Positions 53,566 to 63,070 are shown, numbered from the stretch's first letter. The stretch: 64,000 nucleotides of DNA from Pelagomonas calceolata (GCA_918797485.1 CAKKNE010000005.1:4464001-4528000), one strand, 5' to 3'. Made by a program: numbers and translations. Notes: generated from the sequence alone by a model not told the origin.

Positions 53566-54246
53566 ATGGCCGCCCAGTACGTGGCCGCGCTCGCCGCGCG
53601 GCTGCCCGAGGACCCGCGCCACCACCACGGCGTCGCGCTCGCCGAGGTCTTCGCCGCGACCAAGCCCCGCGGCCAGGCCGCCGTCGTCCTCTCCTACCTC
53701 ACGGCGTCCACTGATGCAAGCTCCTACCAGATCCTCGACGAGCAGGGCACGGTGGTGGGTTGCTCCGACGGCTGGCTCCGTGTCATCGGCTACACGGCCG
53801 CGGAGGCATTAGGTCGAAGCTCGCGCCACCTCCACGGCCCGCGCACGAACTTCCACGCGGTGCAGAAGGTCGAGGAGGCCATGCGCCGCGGCGAGCCCGC
53901 CGCGTCGCGCCTCAGCTACTACCGGAGAGACGGCACGACCTTCGAGAACGACTTCATCGTCATTCCCCTGCAAGCGTCGAACGACAACCTCTTCTACGTG
54001 TCCATCCACGAGCGCGACCCGCCGCTCGACTGGTCGCTCGCCGACGCGCAGCCGCCGTCCGACGTTAAATTGCACCTGATCACGCCCGACGCGTCGGCGT
54101 CGCGGCACGGCTCGGAGCGCTCGGGCTCTTCATCATCGCGCGACCAGCGGAGCGACTCGTCCTCGAACTCCGCGCGGAGCGGCTCCGAATCGCCGCCCCA
54201 GGCGTCGCGCGAGATGTCCTTCACCGACTCCATGTTCCCCCTGTGA
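53566..54246 (+). CDS. PAS/LOV-like domain protein lacking the photoactive cysteine
   Basis: SDGWLRVIGYTAAEALGRSSRHLHGPRT...YYRRDGTTFEN aligns to LOV GRNCRFLQG...NYRKDG. Confidence 0.8.
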   Translation: MAAQYVAALAARLPEDPRHHHGVALAEVFAATKPRGQAAVVLSYLTASTDASSYQILDEQGTVVGCSDGWLRVIGYTAAEALGRSSRHLHGPRTNFHAVQKVEEAMRRGEPAASRLSYYRRDGTTFENDFIVIPLQASNDNLFYVSIHERDPPLDWSLADAQPPSDVKLHLITPDASASRHGSERSGSSSSRDQRSDSSSNSARSGSESPPQASREMSFTDSMFPL

Positions 54247-54399
54247 TTGCCCCACCCCCGTTTTCTCCCGCGCTGCACACGCGCGCCGGGCATTTTAAAG
54301 ACTTCGCTAAGAAATGCGGACCTCTCCGTTGTTAGTCCTGGGCGTTGTGCGCTGACTATTCACACAGTGTCTTACACAAACCCTCTTCAGCAACGCCCT

Positions 54400-55086
54400 C
54401 TACTGAATTGTTTCGATCTCGACTGTTTTCGTGTGCATCGCCGGCATGAGAATGGCTTCTCGCGTCGTGACACGCTTCAAGGCGATGGCTACATAGACGC
54501 GGTCGGGGAGGCCCTGCCATGAAGCGAGCTCCCTGCCATCTTGGTGCAGCGAGCCCGTCCGAGTGACCATGTCGACCATGATGGACACGCTCCATCTAGA
54601 GTCCCCGGAAAAATCACACATTGCCATGTACGGGCAGCGACTGAAGTTATCCCCTACATGAGGAAGCTGGAGACTCTGCGCCTCCGTGACCAAACCGCAC
54701 AAGGTGTAGCCAACACCCACGAAGTAGATGGTTTGGAAGTACTGACCAAAAGTGAGCGCTTTGTCGCAGCGCACGCCAGGCATCGATGAAGTAGCATGAT
54801 CGGTCTCGACGGACGGGCAGGTAACGCGCGTGTCGTGCATTGATAATTCCAGGCAGCGGCTCGCGCCATCCATCCGCCAGGTGTCCTGGTACTGTTCGCT
54901 CCCGAGATCTTCCATGAGCACATTATCATCACCATTGTTGTCGTGGTTCGCTGGGGCACGCGCCGTAGCGAGTTCCACCTCTAGATCTGCTACACGCTTG
55001 CGGAGAGCGTCTGCATCTCTCACAAGCTGGCGGTTCTTGGCACGCAGGTTACGCAGATCACTGGCGGGCGTACGCGGCCTTGACAT
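54400..55086 (-). CDS. Hypothetical protein (short coiled coil plus beta-rich domain)
   Basis: ATG at 55086 (MSRPRTP); open frame of 228 aa; lower GC3 than neighbours. Confidence 0.55.
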   Translation of the reverse strand: MSRPRTPASDLRNLRAKNRQLVRDADALRKRVADLEVELATARAPANHDNNGDDNVLMEDLGSEQYQDTWRMDGASRCLELSMHDTRVTCPSVETDHATSSMPGVRCDKALTFGQYFQTIYFVGVGYTLCGLVTEAQSLQLPHVGDNFSRCPYMAMCDFSGDSRWSVSIMVDMVTRTGSLHQDGRELASWQGLPDRVYVAIALKRVTTREAILMPAMHTKTVEIETIQ

Positions 55087-55170
55087 CGGAGAGATACGCG
55101 GTTGAAATTTGGCAGCCGCAGCCACTACTATTGGCTTCCTCGAGCTGTGCTCTTGATCGATCTGGTGAAG

Positions 55171-55194
55171 GCTAGTATGTCAATGAACGCTAGC
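55171..55194 (+). promoter_or_regulatory. Degenerate bipartite motif copy
   Basis: GCTAGTATGTCAATGAACGCTAGC with the same half-site spacing; divergent spacer. Confidence 0.45.
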
Positions 55195-55442
55195 CCTACG
55201 TCGAGCCCAAAGCGTAAACGGCCGTATCGCAGGCACTGACGGCGAGCGAGCGCTTGCAAAAGACCCTGCGTGAAGCCTCCGAACTGCCTGTGCGCTGACG
55301 TATAGTTGCGAGGGACAAATTGCTAGCTGCCTGCAGGCAGTGCCTGCCCCTTTTTTGCCACAAACAGCGAGCATACGTCGAGCGCGAGGGAGCAGAGATC
55401 GCGTGGAGAAGCCACAGCACCCAGCGAAGCCACAGCAAAACA

Positions 55443-56273
55443 ATGTCGAGCAGCGACGACGGCGAGGACTTCCTCGGGCGCTGCGACCCCGAGCTCTTCG
55501 TGCAGGAGGGCCCCGCGGCGCCGCCGGCGCCACCGCCCGCGCCGCCGCTGCAGGAACGGAACCAGGCCGCGCCCGCGCGGCGACGGTCCCCCGCCGAGGC
55601 GTTCTACGACGCGGTCTTCAAGAACGCGGCCGACGCGAAGCGCGAGTCGCGGCGCGAGCGCGACGAGCGGCGCTGGACGCGGAAGCAGAGCTTTGTGTAC
55701 GGCGAGATCGAGTACGCGTCCTTTGAGGCGACGCTGCGGAAGATTCGGGACGACTTGCGGCCGGGGCAGGACGTGTTCTACGACCTGGGCAGCGGCGCGG
55801 GGCGGCCGGTCGTGGCGGCGGCGGTGCTGTTCCCCTTTCGGGCGTGCCGCGGCGTCGAGCTGCTGGCGGGCCTGAGCCGCCTCGCGCGCGAGGCCAAAGG
55901 TCTTGTGGAGGCGGCGGAGTGGACGCTCGGCCACGCGCGGCCGGCGGTCGAGTTCTACGAAGGCGACATCACGGATCTGAAATTTCACGACTGGACCGCC
56001 GACGGCGACGTGGTCCTGGTCAACTCGACGTGCTTCGACGACGACCTGCTCAAGGCCGTCGCGGACCTCGCGGAGGGCCTGCGGCCCGGCGCCGTCGTGA
56101 TCACGTTCACGCGGCCGCTGCCGTCGCCCCTGTTTACGATTGTGGACGAGGAGCTCCACCAGATGAGCTGGGGCGGCGCGACGGTCTTCGTCCAGCGGCG
56201 CGACGGCGAGGACGCACGGACCCCGTTCCTGGAGCGCGTCGGCCGGGAGCGGTGGGGCGACGTCGATGGGTAA
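55443..56273 (+). CDS. DOT1-like class I SAM methyltransferase
   Basis: FVYGEI, FYDLGSGAG, GVEL, NSTCF, MSWG. Confidence 0.85.
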   Translation: MSSSDDGEDFLGRCDPELFVQEGPAAPPAPPPAPPLQERNQAAPARRRSPAEAFYDAVFKNAADAKRESRRERDERRWTRKQSFVYGEIEYASFEATLRKIRDDLRPGQDVFYDLGSGAGRPVVAAAVLFPFRACRGVELLAGLSRLAREAKGLVEAAEWTLGHARPAVEFYEGDITDLKFHDWTADGDVVLVNSTCFDDDLLKAVADLAEGLRPGAVVITFTRPLPSPLFTIVDEELHQMSWGGATVFVQRRDGEDARTPFLERVGRERWGDVDG

Positions 56274-56340
56274 TGTTGTGTTTAGACTTATTAAGTGTGT
56301 GGAGATGGTAAATGCGGAGAACGCGCCACGGGTGAGAAAA

Positions 56341-56865
56341 CTAAGCCGACTTCTCCTTCGCGCCGAGGAAGGCGAGGCCGTTGAGCATGCCCAGGATGGT
56401 CCACACCGGGATGAACGGAAGAACCACCGAGGCCTTGGCGGCGTCGGAGAGCTCGAGGGACGTCGAGCCGAGGCCGGGAAGGCCCGCGAACGTCGCGTCA
56501 GACGAGACGCAGCAGACGCTGAGCATGGCGAGGAAAAGGTGGAAGGGCTTGCGCTGTGACGGCGAGCACTTGAAGAGGGCGAACCACGCCGCGACGGCGG
56601 AGGCGAGGAAGAAGTTCTGTTCGATGCGCACGATGACGTGAAAGAACATGACTAGGATCTCGCCGGCCGTCTCGCGGCCGCGCGGCGCCGCCTTCATCAT
56701 GGCAGCGCTCATCGCATAACACTCGTCCTTCGAGATTCCACCGTGTTCCCCGACCGGTGGCACGGCCACAAGATTGCACGCGTCGAGGAACGCCATCACC
56801 AGCACCGTTAGTCCCGTGGCGACGACGGCGTAAAGGCCCAGCGCAATGTCGGAGATTGACGGCAT
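56341..56865 (-). CDS. Multi-pass membrane protein (174 aa)
   Basis: About 4 hydrophobic segments; GC3 bias. Confidence 0.7.
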   Translation of the reverse strand: MPSISDIALGLYAVVATGLTVLVMAFLDACNLVAVPPVGEHGGISKDECYAMSAAMMKAAPRGRETAGEILVMFFHVIVRIEQNFFLASAVAAWFALFKCSPSQRKPFHLFLAMLSVCCVSSDATFAGLPGLGSTSLELSDAAKASVVLPFIPVWTILGMLNGLAFLGAKEKSA

Positions 56866-56948
56866 CTTCGTGACCAGTGGGACAGCGTTTCGCGACCAGT
56901 GGGGCAGCGTTTCGCTAGCTCGCGCTGCCACTTTTTTTTCTCGATCTT

Positions 56949-56971
56949 GCTAGCGGCAGTAAGGCACTAGG
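56949..56971 (-). promoter_or_regulatory. Bipartite intergenic motif copy
   Basis: GCTAGCGGCAGTAAGGCACTAGG on +; divergent spacer. Confidence 0.55.
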
Positions 56972-57112
56972 AAGCCTCCTGAGCAATTTGCAGCGCTCTT
57001 TGCTGCCTTCCGGTGCTGATACGCTTCGATTGCTCATAAGAAGCGCATCACGCACAATGAAAGCCAGCTCAACTCAGTAGGGGCTGCCCAGTTCCTACAA
57101 CAAGGGCAGATC

Positions 57113-59443
57113 ATGAGTGAGGGCAGCCGAACGCGCGTTGTCGTCGGCGCGGCCGCCGTCGCCGTGGGCTGGAAGCACCGCTCCACGCTCCTCGGCTACG
57201 CGACGCTGCCGGCGCGCGCGTTCGCGGGCGTCCTGCGGGCCTGGTGCAGAGGTGAGGAACCGGCGGGCCTTGGCCGGCGCGCGGCGGTGGCCGTCCAAGG
57301 CGCGCTCGGGCCGGAGGGGTCATTTGCGCGAGACCGGCCGCTGGTAGTTGTCGGCTGCGCGGCCGTGGCTGGCGTGTCGGTCCTCTCGTTGTTGGACCGC
57401 GCAGTCGGCGGTCGCGTGCGCACGGCCCTGAGGTCTAAGACCTGCAGGAGAGCTTCAATCATTGTCGCCGGCTCGGCGACGGGGGCATTCTGCATCCTGG
57501 AGGCCTACGAAGGCTACGGCGTACGGTCCCCAGCGATGACACACGTCCTCGTCTGTTTCGGGATCGAGGGGATATCTCAGGCCGTGATGGCAGCGGGCTT
57601 CAAAAAAACGTTTAACAGCCTGGCGGGGCGCTCGAAGACGCTCGTGTTCCTGGCGCTCAACGTCTTGCGCGTCGAGGGCCAGTCGCCGGTCGAACGCGGC
57701 GGCCTCCGCTGCTTCACGGCCTTCCTGGGCTTCTCCGCGATCCAAGAGTTCGAAGAGATCGCCGGCGTGCAAGTGGTGGTTCCCGTGGCTCGGGCCATCT
57801 TAAAATTTCTGATTCTGCTGGACCACGCTTTGGCACGCGTGCTCAGGCACGTCGTCCGCCCCGTCGTGCTCGCCGGCGCCGATGCCCTGGTCTTTGTTAT
57901 TAAAAGAGTCGTGCATCCGGTGGCGCGGCTGGTCGGGCGCGCCATGAGGTGGTCGTACGGCGTCGTAGCCAGGGCGGCGGACGCCTGCTTCGACGCCGTT
58001 TTGGCCCCGGCGGGCCGCGCGGTAAAGAAAATCTGGTCGCGCTGTGGCGCGTTTCTGATGAATCGCGTCGTGTACCCAACGACTCGCTGCGCGCGGTGGG
58101 CCTACAAGCAAATTATTTCGCCGCTGCTGAGCGCCATACAAGACGCGGCCGTGCCGTTCGCGAGCGCCGGGGCGGCCGTCGCGTTCGGCCAAGAGGGCGT
58201 CAAGCGCCTCCCGTCTCTAATGAATGCTGGGCCGTTCCTCACCGCCGCGATAGCCTACGCTGGCGTCGCGCTGGTCGTCGCCGCCCACCGCGTCGACGCG
58301 GTCGCTGCGAAACAGCGCCGCGCGGCCTTCCGCCGCGACGCGTCCGAGGCGCGGGCCGCCGAGGTCGAGGGCCGCGCGAGCGGGCGGACGCTCGCGCGGC
58401 TGTCGGCGGTGTTGGAGCGGATTGGCGTGGCCCTGTACAAGCATGCCGACATGGGGCTCATCGACCTCGCGGTGGCCGTCGCGGCGCGTTTGGCAAAGCC
58501 GCTGGGCCGCGCGGTCGGCGTGTGCTTGAAGCTGCTAGTCCTGTCGTTCGAGGTCGCCGACTCGGTCTTTTCCGCGACGATGATGGCCTGCCACGCCGTC
58601 TATAGATACGTGCGTCATGCTGTGGGCACGGCCGCCTCATTCGTCAGTGACGCGGTCGTCTCCATCTGGAAGAACCCATTTGCATGTCTATTGTGTTCGA
58701 TTGCGGCGCTCGCGGCCGCCTATTTTGCCCACGACAGAGGCGTTGAAATTGACGCTCGCGCAACAGCAACTAATCTATTTGGTCCGCTCGTGGCCGTCGC
58801 GTCGCGCCTTCTGGCTGCAATGCGCCGAACCGCGGGCGCGGCGCGCGGCCTCGTCGCCGCGGCCCTCGCGCCACGGCCCGCCTACGTGTACTTCAAGTCG
58901 TGGCGGTTCGCGATGACGGTCGCCGTACCGCATTTGGTCACGTCGACGGTGCTGAGGGTCCTCGGAGTGTCGAAGGCGCCGATCATCGATTCCATCGGCA
59001 CGGCGTCGTCGAAATGCGTACTCCTGCCGGTGTTTGTCTTATCTGCGGCGAATAGGATGGTGGTGGCGCGGGTCTTTGTGGGTTTGGTGCAGATCCTGGT
59101 CCTGCCGATTCTGTTGCTTTATTTTTGGTGCGCGCTGGGCGTGTTCCTTTATGAGGTGCATCAGCGGGCCCAGACGCTGTCCGAACTCTCCGATATGCGC
59201 GCGGGGCGGGCGAAGGCGACGGCGGAGACGGCGACCGTCGACGCGCTCGTCGCGAGCCTGGCGACGCCGGCGCGCGTCGTGCCGGCCAAGGACTGTGGCA
59301 TATGTCTCGCCCCGCTCGACGTCACGGAACCGTTCGCGCTGCCGTGTGGTCATCAGTTCCACAATGACTGCGCGCGGGACTGGGTCGCGCTGAAGCGCGA
59401 GGAGGCGTGCTGTCCCTATTGCCGGGTTAATTTGTTTTCGTAG
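57113..59443 (+). CDS. Multi-pass membrane protein with C-terminal RING-H2 finger (E3 ligase)
   Basis: CGIC...LPCGHQFHNDC...W...CPYCR. Confidence 0.85.
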   Translation: MSEGSRTRVVVGAAAVAVGWKHRSTLLGYATLPARAFAGVLRAWCRGEEPAGLGRRAAVAVQGALGPEGSFARDRPLVVVGCAAVAGVSVLSLLDRAVGGRVRTALRSKTCRRASIIVAGSATGAFCILEAYEGYGVRSPAMTHVLVCFGIEGISQAVMAAGFKKTFNSLAGRSKTLVFLALNVLRVEGQSPVERGGLRCFTAFLGFSAIQEFEEIAGVQVVVPVARAILKFLILLDHALARVLRHVVRPVVLAGADALVFVIKRVVHPVARLVGRAMRWSYGVVARAADACFDAVLAPAGRAVKKIWSRCGAFLMNRVVYPTTRCARWAYKQIISPLLSAIQDAAVPFASAGAAVAFGQEGVKRLPSLMNAGPFLTAAIAYAGVALVVAAHRVDAVAAKQRRAAFRRDASEARAAEVEGRASGRTLARLSAVLERIGVALYKHADMGLIDLAVAVAARLAKPLGRAVGVCLKLLVLSFEVADSVFSATMMACHAVYRYVRHAVGTAASFVSDAVVSIWKNPFACLLCSIAALAAAYFAHDRGVEIDARATATNLFGPLVAVASRLLAAMRRTAGAARGLVAAALAPRPAYVYFKSWRFAMTVAVPHLVTSTVLRVLGVSKAPIIDSIGTASSKCVLLPVFVLSAANRMVVARVFVGLVQILVLPILLLYFWCALGVFLYEVHQRAQTLSELSDMRAGRAKATAETATVDALVASLATPARVVPAKDCGICLAPLDVTEPFALPCGHQFHNDCARDWVALKREEACCPYCRVNLFS

Positions 59444-59559
59444 TATCTATTTCACCAGCACGCCATCGCCGCGATCAATCTGGACAGCAAACACCAGAAA
59501 ACCTGCGCACAACAACGGTTGCGAAGGCGTCCGCAGTTCAAGGTAGGTATGAACTTCAC

Positions 59560-60672
59560 TTATGTCTTGCGAGGGATCTCGATGGCGTTGCCCGACGCCG
59601 CGCGGTAGACGCGGTCCGCGACGCCGGCGATGAGCGCCGACGACGCGCGCTCCTCCGAGAGGTCGGCGATGAACACGTTCGCCGCGCCCGGGACGCCCTC
59701 GGCCCATCTTAATGTATCGAAGAGCGCGTTCGCCGCGACTTTGGCGTCGCCCGCGGCCGAGAGGTCGCGGTAGGCGCGCGCGGCTTTTTCTAGAGTCTTC
59801 AACCTCCCACCAAAATCGACCACCACGCAGTTCGCGAGGTACGAGTCGCTCTTCGCGTCGTCCGCTGCTGCATCCGCGACGACAGTACACAACGCGGCGG
59901 GCAGGCGCGGCGCGTAGTGCGTCAGGAGCTGGCCCGGGCTGCCCGAGGCGTCGGGTTTGGATTCGGACGCGTAGGTCTCCGCGGTGTTCAGGCGCGCCCC
60001 CACTTGCGAGCAGATCTCCTCTAACGAGGCCCGCGGCAGCGCGCCTCGCCGATACAGCGTCAGGTGGCATGTCGTACCTTCCGTCCTCAGCCCGACGACC
60101 GTGCTCTCAATACCGTGCTCGCACTGCGCACTCCCGGAAGCACCGCCGTCGAGAATGGAGATGTCCTCGCCGCCCAGATCGTCCAGCACGTGCGCCGCCG
60201 TCGTGGGACTCACGTGCCCGAACTTGTTGGCGGACGGCGCCGCCACAGGCACGCCGGCCGCGTCAATGAGTCGTCTCGCCAACTCATGCGACGGGCAGCG
60301 CACGCCCACCGTTGAGGTGCCCGCGGAGAGGCAGTCCGGTAAATGTGATCGTGCGGGGCACACTAATGTCAATGGCCCGGGCCAGAACGCCTCTGTTAAT
60401 GCATCAAAAGCCTTCCGGCACGGCTCATCTAAATCAACGAGCGCCGGCGCGTCCTCGGGCTTCGCGACGTGCACGATCAGCGGATCCGAGAGCGGCCTTT
60501 CCTTGACCTCGAAGACGCGTCTTACGGCTCTTTCGTCGAGCGCGCTCGCGCCGAGGCCGTAGACCGTCTCCGTGGGAAACGCGCAGAGGCCGCCGCTCCG
60601 GAGCACGCCGCCGGCGCGCTCAATACCGTCGGGCGTCGGCGGCAGCACGCGCGCGACCCGCTTCGTCGTCAT
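59560..60672 (-). CDS. SUA5: Threonylcarbamoyl-AMP synthase Sua5 (YrdC + SUA5 domains)
   Basis: AFPTETVYGLGA, KERP..DPLIVH, FWPGPLT, AAPSANKFG, GIESTVV, SPGQLLTHYAP. Confidence 0.95.
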   Translation of the reverse strand: MTTKRVARVLPPTPDGIERAGGVLRSGGLCAFPTETVYGLGASALDERAVRRVFEVKERPLSDPLIVHVAKPEDAPALVDLDEPCRKAFDALTEAFWPGPLTLVCPARSHLPDCLSAGTSTVGVRCPSHELARRLIDAAGVPVAAPSANKFGHVSPTTAAHVLDDLGGEDISILDGGASGSAQCEHGIESTVVGLRTEGTTCHLTLYRRGALPRASLEEICSQVGARLNTAETYASESKPDASGSPGQLLTHYAPRLPAALCTVVADAAADDAKSDSYLANCVVVDFGGRLKTLEKAARAYRDLSAAGDAKVAANALFDTLRWAEGVPGAANVFIADLSEERASSALIAGVADRVYRAASGNAIEIPRKT

Positions 60673-60912
60673 CGCTCCGGCGCGTGGTATGAGCCGGAGG
60701 AGCGCTATTATCACGAGGGCGCTCTTGTGTGGCGCAATCGTGGCTCTCTGCTGCTCTGCAGCGGTGTGAAGCGCTTGCTCCTTGCTCCAGGCTCCTCCGC
60801 GGCAGCGGTTCTGGCGTCGCGCAGAAGTTATCGTTCCGTAAGCAATGAATCGCTCGCACTTGTGTGATCACAGGCAATGCACAGCACGCTTCAGCTTCGC
60901 CGCAGTCTGTTT

Positions 60913-60936
60913 GCTAGTGTCTTACGCGACGCTAGC
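60913..60936 (+). promoter_or_regulatory. Bipartite intergenic motif copy
   Basis: GCTAGTGTCTTACGCGACGCTAGC; divergent spacer. Confidence 0.6.
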
Positions 60937-61165
60937 TCGCTCTTCACGCTGCGGCCCAAAAAAACCTTCACCGTGATCGTGAGTCGTAGAAATCGACACT
61001 CTATTGGCCCGGGGGCTGTCACCCGTCCGACTTTGCTCAGAAACCACCAATCTATTGCATCTGGAGCAAAAGTGTCTCATTGAGTCACTCTGGCAGCGCG
61101 CATCGCGTCGTGGTAACAAGACGGTGCCCGCTTAACACGCTCTTGCTTCTCGCACTGTCACAAAT

Positions 61166-61967
61166 ATGGGCAAATTTGCCGCATACCTCAACCTGGCACT
61201 CGCCGTGGCGTGGTTCGCGCTGTTTTTCACGAATGACGCGCTCTTCGTCTCGCATGAGACTGATCTCTCCGACCACTTGCGCGGCGACGCGTTCGCGATG
61301 GCCTGGGCGGGCTCGGCGATTTGTAGCCGGCTCTACATCGCTCTCGTCAATTACGGCGTGGAGCTACGCCACGCGACGGCGATTTTTTGTCTCCCTAGGG
61401 ATGCGGGCCGTCGCGGCGTCCGGCCGACGATACCGCTCAATACTCATGTGGCGGTTCGACGTCGTGCCGATCATGCCGATACACCCGCCCGTCCGCGGGG
61501 TGTCCTTCTCGAACTACGTGGCCATGAGCGCGAGTCGGGCCCTGATCTACAGTGGCGATTGGGCCTGGTCCGTGCCGGGCGAATTCCAAGACTGTGCTGT
61601 CGCCATCTTTTCGCGAGGGTGTTGGTCGAAGCCGTGCGGTATGATCGGTGGGTGTTGTCGCATCAATCTGCGTACCAATTTCCCGGGGGAAGTCGTCAAC
61701 GTCGGCGCCGCTTCGCCCACCAATATGCACGACACCAAGACCTACAACGTCTACCGCGACGACTACACGCCCCACGGCCACGCCGTCTGCGCGAGCCTCA
61801 CACAGTATGGGGGTCCGCCCTGCCCGACGCGAGCCGGAGGCGTCCGTATCGCGTGCGATCATGTCCGCGAGGCCTTTCGGCAGTACGCTCCCCACAAAAA
61901 GAAGAGATGCGTGCCGATGACCGGCAAGCAGAAGTGCGAGATGGTACCCGGAGGCTGTACTAACTAG
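61166..61967 (+). CDS. Unresolved locus: hydrophobic N-terminal frame (61166 to ~61395) switching to a Cys-rich frame (61401-61967)
   Basis: Natural-looking sequence changes frame near 61398; could be an intron, a chimera or a pseudogene. Confidence 0.45.
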
Positions 61968-61969
61968 AC

Positions 61970-63070
61970 TTACCGCCCCTTTTTTCGCCGCGCGAGCGCC
62001 TTCCGCTTCTGCTTCAGCGTCGACAGCCCCGGCCCGCGCTGCCGTTCCTGCACAGCCGTGAAGCGCCTTTTGGCGTAGGACCGCGCGCCGGCGTCGGCGA
62101 GCAGCTCGCCCATGAGCCCGGTCTTCCGCTCTCGTTTCTTTAAAGTTCCGGACGCACCGTCGAACTTGCCCGCCACGACGGTCCCGAGCGCGGCGAACTC
62201 GCTCGGCGCGTCCTGGCGCTTGTAGTGCCGCTTCGGGTCCGCGACGCCGCGCAACGCCAGCGCCGCGCGGTCGTCCGCACTGACCGTCGCGTCCGCGGGG
62301 GGAAGACCGTACCACCCCGGCCCCGCGTCCTTGGCCGGCGCGCGCTTCTCGGCGCGCGTCTTGCGCTTCTTCCGTTTTGGCCCCTGGCCTGTCTGCGCGG
62401 CGGCGAAGGCCCGCGCGAGCGCCGCGTCCGTGGCATCGTCCGTCCTCTCCGCTACTGCCGGCCGCGCGGCCTCGTCATCATCCGGCGCGTCCCGCAGCGC
62501 GCGCTCGGCCCGGCGCGCCGTCCGCTCGAGCGCGTCGAGGCGCGCGGCGGCCGTCGCCGCGCGCAGGGCCCCGAAGTAGGCCGGCGCCGGCAGCTCCGCC
62601 TCGCCGCCGTCGTACGCGACCCTTACAACGTTCGCGGCGGCGGGCGCGGCGTCGACGACGAAGAGCGGTGCCTCCTCCTCCTCCTCCGGCTCCTCTTGCT
62701 CCTGCTGGCCCGCGTCGAAGTAGAGGGGCTCCCACTCGTCGAGGACGTCGCCCCGCGGCGGCTCGGCGCGCTTCGGCTTCGGCGACGCCTCGGCGCTCGA
62801 CTTGCGGCGCGCGCGCGGCTTCGCGGCCGGCGCCGGCTTCGCGGCAGGCGCCGGCTTCGCGGCAGGCGCCGGCTCCGCGGCCTCGCTCGACTTGCGCCGC
62901 GCGCGCGGCTTCGCGGCCGGCGCCGGCGCCTCGTCGGCGCTGCTCTTTCTTCGCCCGCGCGGCTTGGCCGCTGGTGCGGGACTGCTATCCGAGCTCTTGC
63001 GCCGCGCGCGCGCTGGCGACGCTTTTTTGGCTGGGCTGCTGGAGGAGGCACCTCCCCTCGTCGAGACCAT
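61970..63070 (-). CDS. FCF2: Fcf2/DNTTIP2 pre-rRNA processing protein
   Basis: AGPGWYGLP...LALRGVADPKRHYK...GTVV...RKTGLMGELLAD; N-terminal PAAKP repeats. Confidence 0.85.
   Translation of the reverse strand: MVSTRGGASSSSPAKKASPARARRKSSDSSPAPAAKPRGRRKSSADEAPAPAAKPRARRKSSEAAEPAPAAKPAPAAKPAPAAKPRARRKSSAEASPKPKRAEPPRGDVLDEWEPLYFDAGQQEQEEPEEEEEAPLFVVDAAPAAANVVRVAYDGGEAELPAPAYFGALRAATAAARLDALERTARRAERALRDAPDDDEAARPAVAERTDDATDAALARAFAAAQTGQGPKRKKRKTRAEKRAPAKDAGPGWYGLPPADATVSADDRAALALRGVADPKRHYKRQDAPSEFAALGTVVAGKFDGASGTLKKRERKTGLMGELLADAGARSYAKRRFTAVQERQRGPGLSTLKQKRKALARRKKGR

Noticed and set aside
54365..54375. CAGTGTCTTAC as a promoter-motif copy
   Set aside because: Half-site only, lacks both CTAGs, and lies between convergent genes; a mild counter-example, not counted
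7501..60672. tRNA-modification gene cluster (ADAT1-like, QueF, Sua5)
   Set aside because: Separated by more than 20 kb and many unrelated genes; consistent with chance
62800..62930. GC-rich tandem repeats
   Set aside because: Coding repeats (PAAKP/RARRKSS) in the Fcf2 low-complexity N-terminus
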